Assembly (NCBI RefSeq): GCF_006345805.1
Contig: NC_043004.1
Location: 50,220,001 to 50,284,000 of the forward strand
Length of the DNA stretch: 64,000 nt
Reading direction: 5' to 3'
DNA from: Octopus sinensis
Lineage: Eukaryota
Shown here: in pieces, positions 53,640 through 64,000 of the stretch
Layout: the number at the start of each line of letters is the position of its first letter
Position numbering within the stretch: the first letter of the stretch is position 1
Translations under genes and position numbers: made by a program
The notes under the pieces: generated by a model
Database searches by the model: none
The model's input: the letters and a program-made list of their open reading frames with translations, nothing else
What the model was told of the DNA's origin: nothing

Positions 53640-55163
53640 ATTTAGATATACCAACTCCTTTGTCTTTTCACCTCTCATCACTAACCATTATTCCCAATCC
53701 TTTCTTCCCCGGAGCATTGTTCCCCTGAAATCTTTTTTCTATTCATGTTTTTGCTACATCTGTTGACCTGCAACAGTTTAAAAGGAACATTAATGATAAT
53801 GAGCTCACCAGCCTTGGAGAGCCTGCAAAAATCTTGGGCAATGCCTCTTCCTCCCAGATCTAATGAGTAAAATATTTATTTTAAAATTTGTGTTACTATA
53901 TTTGATTCAAGGAGAATTAAAAGAGTTAACTAGAAATAATAACATCCTTATTATCATCATTATCATTTAATGTCCACTTTCCATGCTGGCATGGGTTGGA
54001 CAGTTTGTCTGGAACTGGTAAGCTGGAGAGTTGCACCAGGTTCCAATCTGACTTGGCATGGTTTCTACAGCTGAATGCTCTTACAAACGCCAACCATTCC
54101 AAGAGTGCCATGGCTGCCTTTTAAGTGCCACCAATACAGGTGCAATTTACATGACACTGGAAATGGCCATGACTATGAGTTCACTTGGTTTGATGAGTTT
54201 TCTCAAGCATAGAAGACTCAGTGATGAAAAAAAAGTACAAACAAACCTAAGTTAATGATCAATGTTTTTGTTGTTTGTTGTTTGTTCCTTCTCGAGCCAT
54301 GCCTGGCTCATAGGGCTGGTTTCCTGGTTTCCTGGTTTCCTTGGCATATAGGTTCCCCACTGGTCTGTTGCAGGTGAGCTGCAAGATGCAGGAGGAAAGA
54401 GTGAGAGAAAGTTGTGGCGAAAGAGTCAGCAGAGGTTCGTCATTACCTTCTGCCGGAGCCGCGTGGAGCTTAGGTGTTTTCGCTCATAATCATACACATC
54501 ACCCAGTCTGAGATTTGAACCCGCGATCCCTTGACTATGATTCCACTGCTATAACCACTAGGCCATGTGCCTCCATTAATGAACAATACTATTTGAATTA
54601 TTTCTAATAAGTACAAAAGACAACTGTACACATGTTACAGTCTTATTGTGATCTCATCATCAAAGCACAGCCTTCACTGTACTTGCTATAAAGAAGAAAC
54701 AATTAATAAATAAGTGTACAAGATTGTACATTGGTTGTTGACTGAAATTAGATTTTTTTAAGCTTAAATAGTTATTTTAACTATTTTACCATTTGTATAG
54801 AATAATATAAAATATTCTACAACCTTCTAACATCACCAAAAAAAAAAAGGTGTTACTTGCAAAAGAGTATGACTGTGTAACATTAGTTGCTTTAGGACCT
54901 ACATAGTTGCAAACACAGACTCTTCTCATCTTTGATCCAGGGGAGTATCCAGGATTTGAGGGATAGAGGACCATTTGAAAGATAGAGGACCATACCAGAA
55001 CTTGGCTGGTATCAATTTCAGCTCAGCAGACTGGAGCAACATGAAATAATGTATTTTTCCCAAAGAGACAACATGCAACCCAGTCCAAGAATTGAATTAT
55101 GACTGTCAGTCCAACACCTTAACCACTAGGCCGTGAAATATAGACCTAACTTAAAAGTAATAT

Positions 55164-55349
55164 GCGAAATGCTTTGTGGTATTTCGTCTGCCGCTGCGTT
55201 TTGAGTTCAAATTCCGCCGAGGTCGACTTTGCCTTTCATCCTTTTGGGGGTCAATAAATTAAGTACCAGTTATGCACTGGGTCGATGTAATCGACTTAAT
55301 CCCTTTGTCTGTCCTTGTTTGTCCCCTCTATGTTTGGCCCCTTGTGGGC
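55164..55349 (+). mobile_element. Family-B SINE (5'-truncated)
   Basis: Matches the family-B body. Confidence 0.85.
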
Positions 55350-55856
55350 TACACAAATTCCTTTTTTATATTGCTTATAAAATCTATTCATTCAACAAGA
55401 GCTGTTCATGTCAATAATCAAAGCTGAGAAAATTATTTTAAACAAATAGTACAAAATCTTCCCTGAAAGTGTTTATAGGATATCATACTTGGTATGAACA
55501 ATTCAGGATGAAAGTTTGAGTAAAACACATTTACCATAACCAAAAGTAAACATGTTTTGTAAGGATGGGAATTTGTCGGCTTGCCAATGCAGGTACGTGA
55601 TGTAAATACACTTCAGTATGTTTAATATATTTATAAATATACCCATAGGCAACCCAGTGTTTGTATGTGCCTATGTATATGAGTGTGTGTGTTGAGTGTG
55701 TGTGTATCTGAGCAAATGTATGTTAATGTTAATGTTCCTCAGCTTCACTTGTCACCACTTGAGCGAAACGTTGATATGATGTTTACATTTCTTGATACAT
55801 TATGCCTAAAAACAAACAAAAAAAAACATGATCATCATAACATTATCATAATAGGT

Positions 55857-56390
55857 ATAGGTGTGGCTGTGTGGTAAGAAACTTGCTTACCACACAGGTG
55901 AGCTGGCAGAAACGTTAGCAAGCTGGGCGAAATGCTTTGTGGTATTTCGTCTGCCGCTGCGTTCTGAGTTCAAATTCCGCCGAGGTCGACTTTGCCTTTT
56001 ATCCTTTTGGGGTCAATAAATTAAGTACCAGTTATGCACTGGGTCAATGTAATCGACTTAATCCCTTTGTCTGTCTTTGTTTGTCCCCTCTATGTTTGGC
56101 CCCTTGTGGGCAATAAAGAAATAAGAAGCTTTCTTCTCAATCACATGGTTCCAGGTTCAGTCCCACTGCGTGACACCTTAGGCAAGTGTCTTCTAATATA
56201 GTCTCTGTTCAACCAAAGCCTTGTGAGTAGATTTGGTGGATGGAAACTGAAAGAAGCCCGTCATATATATATATGTATATATATACATGTATTTGTGTGT
56301 CTGTGTTTGTCCCTCCACCATCACTTGACATCCAATGTTGATGTGTTTACGTCGCCATAACTTAACGGTTTGACAAAAGAGACTGATAGT
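55857..56390 (+). mobile_element. Family-A SINE interrupted by a family-B SINE (55897-56124)
   Basis: A box at about 55863, then a complete family-B body, then the family-A B box resumes at about 56153. Confidence 0.8.
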
Positions 56391-56391
56391 A

Positions 56392-56700
56392 ACGATTGCA
56401 CCTAGAAAGTTACCCTCCCAGGCACAAGTCCAGGCAAGGTTGTTTATGGAAGACCAGCAGTCGCCCATGTATACCAGCCTCCCCTCTCCACGCCACCAGT
56501 GTTATCCAAGGGAAAAGCAAAGGCCAATACAGCTTGGAACCTGTGACATCGCAACTCATTTCTACAGTTGAGTGAACTGGAGCAACGTGAAATAAAGTGT
56601 CTTGCTCAAGAACACAACATGTAGCCCAGTCCGGGATTTGAGCTCACAACCTCACAATCATAAGCTCAATGCTCTAACCACTGAGCCATGCGCCTTCACT
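56392..56700 (-). mobile_element. tRNA-derived SINE (family C)
   Basis: Minus head GAAGGCGCATGGCTCAGTGGTTAG...GAGCTCAAATCC; core as at 12.6-13.0 kb. Confidence 0.75.
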
Positions 56701-56726
56701 GGAGGTTAGTTACACTGAATGAAATA

Positions 56727-57911
56727 TTAGAATGTCAAGAAAGTACTTGCGGAATTTTAAATTTTGGTTTTAAATGACATATTTTCAAATTAATTTCCGT
56801 TAAATTAATTTGACTTTATATATCATTTTAAAGCCTGTTTTTCACTCTATCTAATCGTTTTGAATAATTAGGCCATTTTTTCCAGAACGTTGAATACAAC
56901 ATGGACAAAAAGCAAATTCGCACAGTTTTCTTATTCCAGTTCAAGCTAGGCCGAAAAGTTGCTGAAACAGTTTGTGATATCAACGATGCATTTGGCCCAG
57001 AAACCACTAATGGTGGTTCAAGAAATTTTGTACAGGTGACGAGAGCCTTGAAGATAATAAGTGTAGTGGTCAGTCATCGGATGTTGACAACGATCAACTA
57101 AGAGTCTTAGTTGAAGCCAATCCATGCACAACTGTTTGCAAGCTTGCTTCTGAATTAGACATAACAAATACGAAAATTTTCAACCACTTGAAAGAGATTG
57201 GAAAAGCAAAAATATTTGAGAAATGGGTGCTGCACAAATTGAACAACAACCAAAAAAACACTGTTTTGAAGTGTCATCTTCCCTTCTTTTACACAACAAG
57301 AACAACCCATTTCTCAACCAGATTGTGACTAGCGATGAAAAGTGGATTCTTTACGACAACTGGCAATGCTCAGCTCAGTGGTTGGACGCCGACAAAGCTC
57401 CACGGCACTTCCCGAAGCCAAAGTTGCTCCAAAAGAGGGTCATGGTGACTGTTTGGTGGACTGTGGCCAGTCTCATCCATCACAGCTTCTTGGATCCAGG
57501 GAAAACCATTATGGTGGAGAAGTTCTGTCAGTAAATGGATGAAAGGCATAAGAAACTCCGACAACAACAGCCAGCATTGGTCAATAGAAAAGGACCAATT
57601 CTTTTCCATGGCAATGCTTGGCCGCACATTGCACAACTGACCCTGCAGAAGTTGAACGAATTGGGCTACGAAACTCTGCCTCATCCACCATACTCACCAG
57701 ACGTCTCGCCTATTGACTACCACTTTTTCAAGCATCTCGACAACTTCCCGCATGAGAAATGCTTCAAAAACCAAGACGATGCCAAACACACCTTCAATGA
57801 CTTCATTCCATCAGAACACTACTGGCATAAATAAACTTGTTTTGCGTCGGCAAAAGTGTGTTGATTCTGATGGTGTTTATTTTGATTAATAAAGTTTTGT
57901 TTGAGCCGAGA
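56727..57911 (+). mobile_element. Mariner (DD34D, Hsmar1/cecropia-like) transposon relic
   Basis: TA+TTAG...AAAGTACTTGCGG left TIR. Fragments MDKKQIR..FLFQFKLGRK.AET, IVTSDEKWILYDN, KRVMVTVWW, H(G)NAWPH, LPHPPYSPDVSPIDYHFF. Frameshifts and stops; the right end is cut by a SINE. Confidence 0.9.
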
Positions 57912-57912
57912 T

Positions 57913-58312
57913 ATGGCTGTGTGGTAAGTAGCTTGCTAACCAACCACATGGTTCTGGGTTCAGTCCCACTGCGTGACATCTTGGGCAAGTGTCTTCTGCT
58001 ATAGCCCCGGGCCGATCAATGCCTTGTGAGTGGATTTGGTAGACGGAAACTGAAAGAAGCCTGTCGTATATATGTATATATATATGTATGTGTGTGTATG
58101 TTTGTGTGTCTGTGTTTGTCCCCCTGGCATTGCTTGACAACTGATGCTGGTGTGTTTACGTCCCCATCACTTAGCGGTTTGGCAAAAGAGACCGATAGAA
58201 TAAGTACTGGGCTTACAAAGAATAAGTCCCGGGGTCGATTTGCTCGACTAAAGGCAGTGCTCCAGCATGGCCGCAGTCAAATGACTGAAACAAGTAAAAG
58301 AGTATAGAGAGT
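57913..58312 (+). mobile_element. tRNA-derived SINE (family A)
   Basis: Same family. Confidence 0.9.
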
Positions 58313-59289
58313 ATCTGAATTTAAAGGTTATTGAGAATAAAAGTTATAGAAATGATAGTGTTAATATTTTCCCACTAGAGTTGATGACTTAGAAGTCTAC
58401 CAACCTTTCACACTAAAACTTGTTTAGTATTTACGAAGGCTATTAAATTAATGATTAAAAGAACAATTAAAATTGGGTCATTTTAGTGGTGATGAAAGGG
58501 AGGTTATTGGTTGGTATTTGATGACATATATATATATACTCCAATTGCAGAGGTTAGGTGCCACCAGTCATTTAAATGTTATGAGTCACCCAAACAGCCA
58601 AGCATTTTATAGGTGCGAAACTAATGGTCCTTCTTTGACTGACCATAAGAATCAACCTTCTATAAATATATATATATATACATAACTAATTTGATAAGTG
58701 GTAATACATGAAACTCTCAGCCATTGTCTCACTCTGTTGCTTCTGTTAAGTATGAATAAAGATATATACTCATGTTTTGAGTTATATTTTTCATGTTTGT
58801 ATCAGCAAACCTCTCCCTCTCTCTCTCTCCCTCTCCTCGCCCTCTCTCTCTCTATATATATATATATGCACATATATACATATATTAATAGTTATTGCCA
58901 AGCTAATATGGCAGTCCAGAAATATAGGACGAATGCTGCTGTTGATTAGCTCCAAGAGGCAATCACCTCTAGCTAGCTATGTGACACACAAACCTGTGTC
59001 CATTATAACCTTCAAACAGGGGAGGTCAGCCGCTTCCCCTTGCTGGTCAGGCATTTGCAGACTAGTTTCAGGGTATTTGCCCCTTATCAATGCAGAGCAG
59101 CCAAACCCATCATGCGTCGCTACTGACTGTTCGAAGGATTATTTACCTAAATTCAGTTGAATACATCCACTGGTTTTCATATATATATATATATATATAT
59201 ATATGCATGATAGAAATATTAATATTTCTAAGTCTCTCTAGAGGAGACTACGGCAGTGGTACTGGATATTAATAGTTATCACCAAGCTA

Positions 59290-59344
<55 letters not shown>

Positions 59345-59836
59345 TATATATATATAAGAATTAGCATAGTTTTCACTTTAAATGGTTGATAATAATATTA
59401 TTATTTTAGTTATTAGTATGTATATGTATGTATATATATGTATATGTGTATATAGATATGTACGTATGTATGTGTGTATTTATGTACATATGCATATCTA
59501 TGTGTATGTGTGTGTGTATGCGCATATATGTAATCAACCAACCGTAACTAAGACAATGGAATTCTAATGTGTCAACCAATTGGATTTAGCTTGAGATTGT
59601 AAATAATCTCTCCCCTACCCCCCGTAAGATTTTAAACCACTGTAATACTATATTAATAATAACGTAAGCATAGCCCCTAACGGCCTGTCTCTTACCTCTT
59701 GATCTGTGAAATCTACGTATGTACATGCATATATCTTTTGTATGATGTAAAAGGATAAAGATACCTTATGTGTATGTATATTATTATATATATACTTATA
59801 TATGTATATATATATGTATATATATGTATATACACT

Positions 59837-59889
<53 letters not shown>

Positions 59890-59954
59890 TTGTGTCTGTG
59901 TATTTTGTTTCATATTTATATTTGCTTTTTATATCTTTATAATTGTACAATAAA

Positions 59955-60084
59955 ATCTCTGATGAGGCCTTCAGATATATATATATATAAGTAACTCATT
60001 TTTAACTGCATATTACCTCAATACATCTGACTAATATAGGCAGAATAAGATACCTTTATCTACAGGCTGAAACAGCTGTAAGAT
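59955..60084 (+). ncRNA. Type-I hammerhead ribozyme, canonical core, 93-nt loop II
   Basis: ATCT-CTGATGA-GGCCT...AGGCT-GAAAC-AGCT-GTA-AGAT; predicted cleavage after 60080. Confidence 0.8.
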
Positions 60085-60274
60085 CCATTTTATGTGTATT
60101 ATTTTTATGGTATTATCTTGCTTATTGATGTATATGTTTTATTTTGTTGGACTTGGATGTTCCTATTTATGTAGTTAATAATAATATGAATTGGTAATAT
60201 CTGTAAGTTGATGATTGAAATGAATCTGTTCCTCCATTTTCTTATTTGTATATATATATATATATTATATATAT

Positions 60275-60305
<31 letters not shown>

Positions 60306-60399
60306 TACACATATATACATATATATATATAATATATATATATATATTATATATATATATATTATATATATATATATATATACATATATATACATATAT

Positions 60400-60438
<39 letters not shown>

Positions 60439-60683
60439 CAAGATAAGAAAATGGAGAAATACATCTAAATCAAATATCAATTACCAGATAATACTCAATC
60501 ACATACTTTATTAAACCACCACATAAGAGACTGTAGGGTTAAATATAAAAAGCAGAACAAATCAGTGTACATAAAGGAATGTACATAAAAAAGTGTACAA
60601 AACAGAGTAATGTTGTATAATAAATAGAATATATATAAAAGAGAATATAAATATAAGTAAATATAAATATAAGTATAGATTAC

Positions 60684-60810
60684 ATCTTACAGCTGTTTCG
60701 GCCATGTAGATAAGTATGTCTCATTTTACCAATATTAGCCTTTTATGGTAGGTCAATACACAGATACAAATGAGACACTCACAAAAACATCACAAGGCCT
60801 CCTCGGAGAT
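60684..60810 (-). ncRNA. Type-I hammerhead motif, core CCGAGGA, 92-nt loop II
   Basis: Minus strand AUCU-CCGAGGA-GGCC...GGCC-GAAAC-AGCU-GUA-AGAU. Confidence 0.7.
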
Positions 60811-61076
60811 ATAAATATACATATGAGTGCACTCATATGTATATGTATATCTCCGAGGAGGCCCTACGATACCCTTGCAAATGTCTCATATACATCTATA
60901 GGGTACTTCACTAGCAGTATATTGGATATATGTTATCCCATGGAGGGTTGTATTTACAACCCCTATCTCAATTTGTATATATATACATATATAAAGATAC
61001 ATATATATACATATATATACATATATAAATATATATACATATATATACATATATATACATATATAAATATATATAC

Positions 61077-61108
<32 letters not shown>

Positions 61109-61182
61109 GTATATATTCTTGTGTCTGTGTATTTTGTTTCATATTTATATTGCTTTTTATATCTTTATAATTGTACAATAAA

Positions 61183-61314
61183 ATCTCTGATGAGGCCTTC
61201 AGATATATATATATATATAAGTAACTCATTTTTAACTGCATATTACCTCAATACATCTGACTAATATAGGCAGAATGAGATACCTTTATCTACAGGCTGA
61301 AACAGCTGTAAGAT
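61183..61314 (+). ncRNA. Type-I hammerhead ribozyme (second unit)
   Basis: Same core and stems as 59955-60084; predicted cleavage after 61310. Confidence 0.8.
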
Positions 61315-61477
61315 CCATTTTATGTGTATTATTTTTATGGTATTATCTTGCTTATTGATGTATATTGTTTTATTTTGTTGGACTTGGATGTTCCTATTTA
61401 TGTAGTTAATAATAATATGAATTGGTAATATCTGTAAGTTGATGATTGAAATGAATCTGTTCCTCCATTTTCTTATT

Positions 61478-61537
<60 letters not shown>

Positions 61538-61542
61538 TACAC

Positions 61543-61587
<45 letters not shown>

Positions 61588-61643
61588 CATATAGATACTT
61601 ATATATACACATATATATACATATATATACATATATATACATG

Positions 61644-61677
<34 letters not shown>

Positions 61678-61931
61678 ATATACATATACAAGATAAGAAA
61701 ATGGAGAATACATCTAAATCAAATATCAATTACCAGATAATACTCAATCACATACTTTATTAAACCACCACATAAGAGACTGTAGGGTTAAATATAAAAA
61801 GCAGAACAAATCAGTGTACATAAAGGAATGTACATAAAAAAGTGTACAAAACAGAGTAATGTTGTATAATAAATAGAATATATATAAAAGAGAATATAAT
61901 ATAAGTAAATATAAATATAAGTATAGATTAC

Positions 61932-62058
61932 ATCTTACAGCTGTTTCGGCCATGTAGATAAGTATGTCTCATTTTACCAATATTAGCCTTTTATGGTAGG
62001 TCAATACACAGATACAAATGAGACACTCACAAAAACATCACAAGGCCTCCTCGGAGAT
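61932..62058 (-). ncRNA. Type-I hammerhead motif, core CCGAGGA (second unit)
   Basis: Same as 60684-60810, shifted by 1248 bp. Confidence 0.7.
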
Positions 62059-62375
62059 ATAAATATACATATGAGTGCACTCATATGTATATGTATATCT
62101 CCGAGGAGGCCCTACGATACCCTTGCAAATGTCTCATATACATCTATAGGGTACTTCACTAGCAGTATATTGGATATATGTTATCCCATGGAGGGTTGTA
62201 TTTACAACCCCTATCTCAATTTGTATATATATACATATATAAAGATACATATATATACATATATATACATATATAATATATATACATATATATAATATAT
62301 ATATATACATATATAAATATATATACATATATATACATATATTACATATATATATATGTATATATATATACATAC

Positions 62376-62438
<63 letters not shown>

Positions 62439-62439
<1 letters not shown>

Positions 62440-62493
62440 TAGCAGAGACCAGCGTTCCTCGGTTACATTCAATTGAAGAATTAGACTTTTCTG

Positions 62494-62525
<32 letters not shown>

Positions 62526-64000
62526 ATACACACACACACAAACACACACACACACACACACACATATATTTGTATATTAATATAAATACATGAAAGTACA
62601 TGAAGTTTGTTAAAAAAAGGGGATCATATATATACCTCCTGGCTGTTGAGATTATAACACCTCGTTGTAAATAATATTCCTTGTTTTTCCTTGTGGAGTA
62701 TATACAAAAAGGTTTCTTTTGGTTCCTACTCTTGAGCAGCCAACATACAGTTGCCTATGCGAGAAGCAGGCCTGTTCCAACAGAAGACCAGCTACAGAGA
62801 GGGTTTGACCCTGAGATTTGTTAATGGACATGGCAAAGCTGACACGAAGCGGGAATTGCAGTCTTTTGAATGTAAATGGAATTTCTGTTCCTGATGGAGT
62901 AAGAGGAATTCTTGGAATAAAGACCTCATCACCTTTTCCACGTCGAGAAAGAATGATCGCCTCGATAACATGTGACATCATTTTCTTTATCACCAGTCGT
63001 GTTCCATTGCAAACTCTTGGTGGTTCCAGATTGCGGAGTAGCATTACAGGAGTTCCAACTTTAAGTGCTAATATGTGTGGAGGTAGTCCAGGAGGCTCCA
63101 GTGAATTGAGAAATTCAGGAGGATAGTTCACAACTTCATTTATATCTGGAATTGTATCAACAGACTTGTAAGTGTGTATAGTGCCGGGAAGAGAATGCAT
63201 TAGCTGTTGATTAATTTTGTTAACAGCGACGTTTTTTGGAGCTAATATTGCTCTTTCACACTGCCAATTGTGATTTTGGTAGTTTTGCGTGAAGTTGGGA
63301 AAGACTTTGATTTTGAGGTCATCTACAGAATTAACAACAGAGGAAAATGACCACACTTCCATTTGTCCTGCAGCATCGAGAGGCATCTTGCCTTCACTTG
63401 CCTTCAAAATGTCCTGTGCAAACTTTGTGGACATTTTGTCGCCGTGTAGCTGAGCCCTCATGTTAGTGGTGAGACTGAGGATTGTAACATGATTCAACAG
63501 GGTAGAGGACTTTAGGCATGCTTGGACTTCATCTGCTCTAGTGCCTTTCGGAATGACAAGAGTTTGCCTGAAATCACCTGACAACAAAAGCGTTACACCT
63601 CCCATTGGAGCCTGACAGTCTCAGATGTCTTTCAGGGCTCTATCTAATGCTTCCAAAGCTTCCTTGTGAGCCATAGTGCACTCATCCCAGACAATTAGAT
63701 GACACATTTTAAGTACTTGTCCCTGATCTGAGCTTTTGTTGATGTTGCATGAAGGCATTTCGGATGCTGCTAAATTGAGAGGGAGTTTAAAAGTTGAGTG
63801 TGCTGTCCTGCCACTGGGTAACAAAGTAGCTGCAATGCCAGAGGAGGCTACAGCTACTGCAATGTCCTGATGCTACCTAACTTCTGCAAGGAGAAGCTTT
63901 GTAATAAATGTTTTTCTTGTCCCTCCAGGAGCATCGAGGAAGAAGATTTGTCCCTCGCGTTGGTGTACACTGTTAAGAATTGTTCTGTAGGCCTGCAGTT
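62439..64000 (-). mobile_element. Autonomous-type Helitron, 3' portion; runs off right edge
   Basis: PIF1 helicase on the minus strand; 3' terminus ACCGAGGAACGCTGGT (degenerate hairpin)-CTCTG-CTAG|T at 62439. Confidence 0.9.
62652..63998 (-). pseudogene. Helitron PIF1-family helicase (RepHel C-terminus), inactivated
   Basis: One frame reads LDAPGGTRKT (Walker A G>R), SGIAATLLPSGRTAHS, WDECTM, GDFRQ, SINKSQGQT, SHRQLYVGCSRV. In-frame TAG (about 63875) and TGA (63621-63623). Confidence 0.93.

Larger units (their letters stand above)
59888..62350. repeat. Direct tandem duplication of a 1.23-1.25 kb ORF-less, hammerhead-bearing unit
   Basis: TCTTGTGTCTGTG at 59888 and 61117; ATGGTAGGTCAATAC at 60745 and 61993. 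Copies differ mainly in microsatellite length. Confidence 0.95.

Noticed and set aside
60849-60863. Plus-strand ATCT-CCGAGGA-GGCC as an additional hammerhead
   Set aside because: It is the complementary arm of the hairpin and has no 3' half of its own before the next CTGATGA motif, although alternative pairing with 61294-61314 cannot be excluded.
62818-63126. 102-aa plus-strand ORF
   Set aside because: Antisense shadow of the Helitron helicase.

Overview
AT-rich, repeat-dense eukaryotic DNA, most likely from an octopus or other coleoid cephalopod. That assignment is inferred from the SINE families, the (TA)n/(GATA)n microsatellite load and the single-exon poly-C2H2 gene. Only one intact host coding region is evident: an 18-finger C2H2 zinc-finger ORF (33657-35402, +). 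The rest is decayed or non-autonomous mobile DNA: Penelope-like retroelements (PLEs) of at least two types, RTE and R4/Dong-like LINE relics, several tRNA-SINE families, DD37D and DD34D Tc1/mariner relics, a Merlin/ISXO2-like relic, hAT and mariner MITEs, and Helitrons (including a PIF1 helicase relic running off the right edge). The most interesting signals are not in the ORF track. (i) Eight hammerhead-ribozyme (HHR) motifs in three structural variants: a U3-A8 compensatory core at 2.1 kb, a minimal variant in both arms of an 800-bp inverted repeat, and a long-loop-II family at 5.1 kb and 60-62 kb. (ii) An ORF-less 1.24-kb tandem unit carrying HHRs on both strands. (iii) Inside that unit, a 71-pair hairpin in which 14 of the 16 non-Watson-Crick positions are G.U pairs on the minus-strand RNA. 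(iv) Several long fold-back inverted repeats. All coordinates and alignments were read by eye; none were checked by computation or database search.
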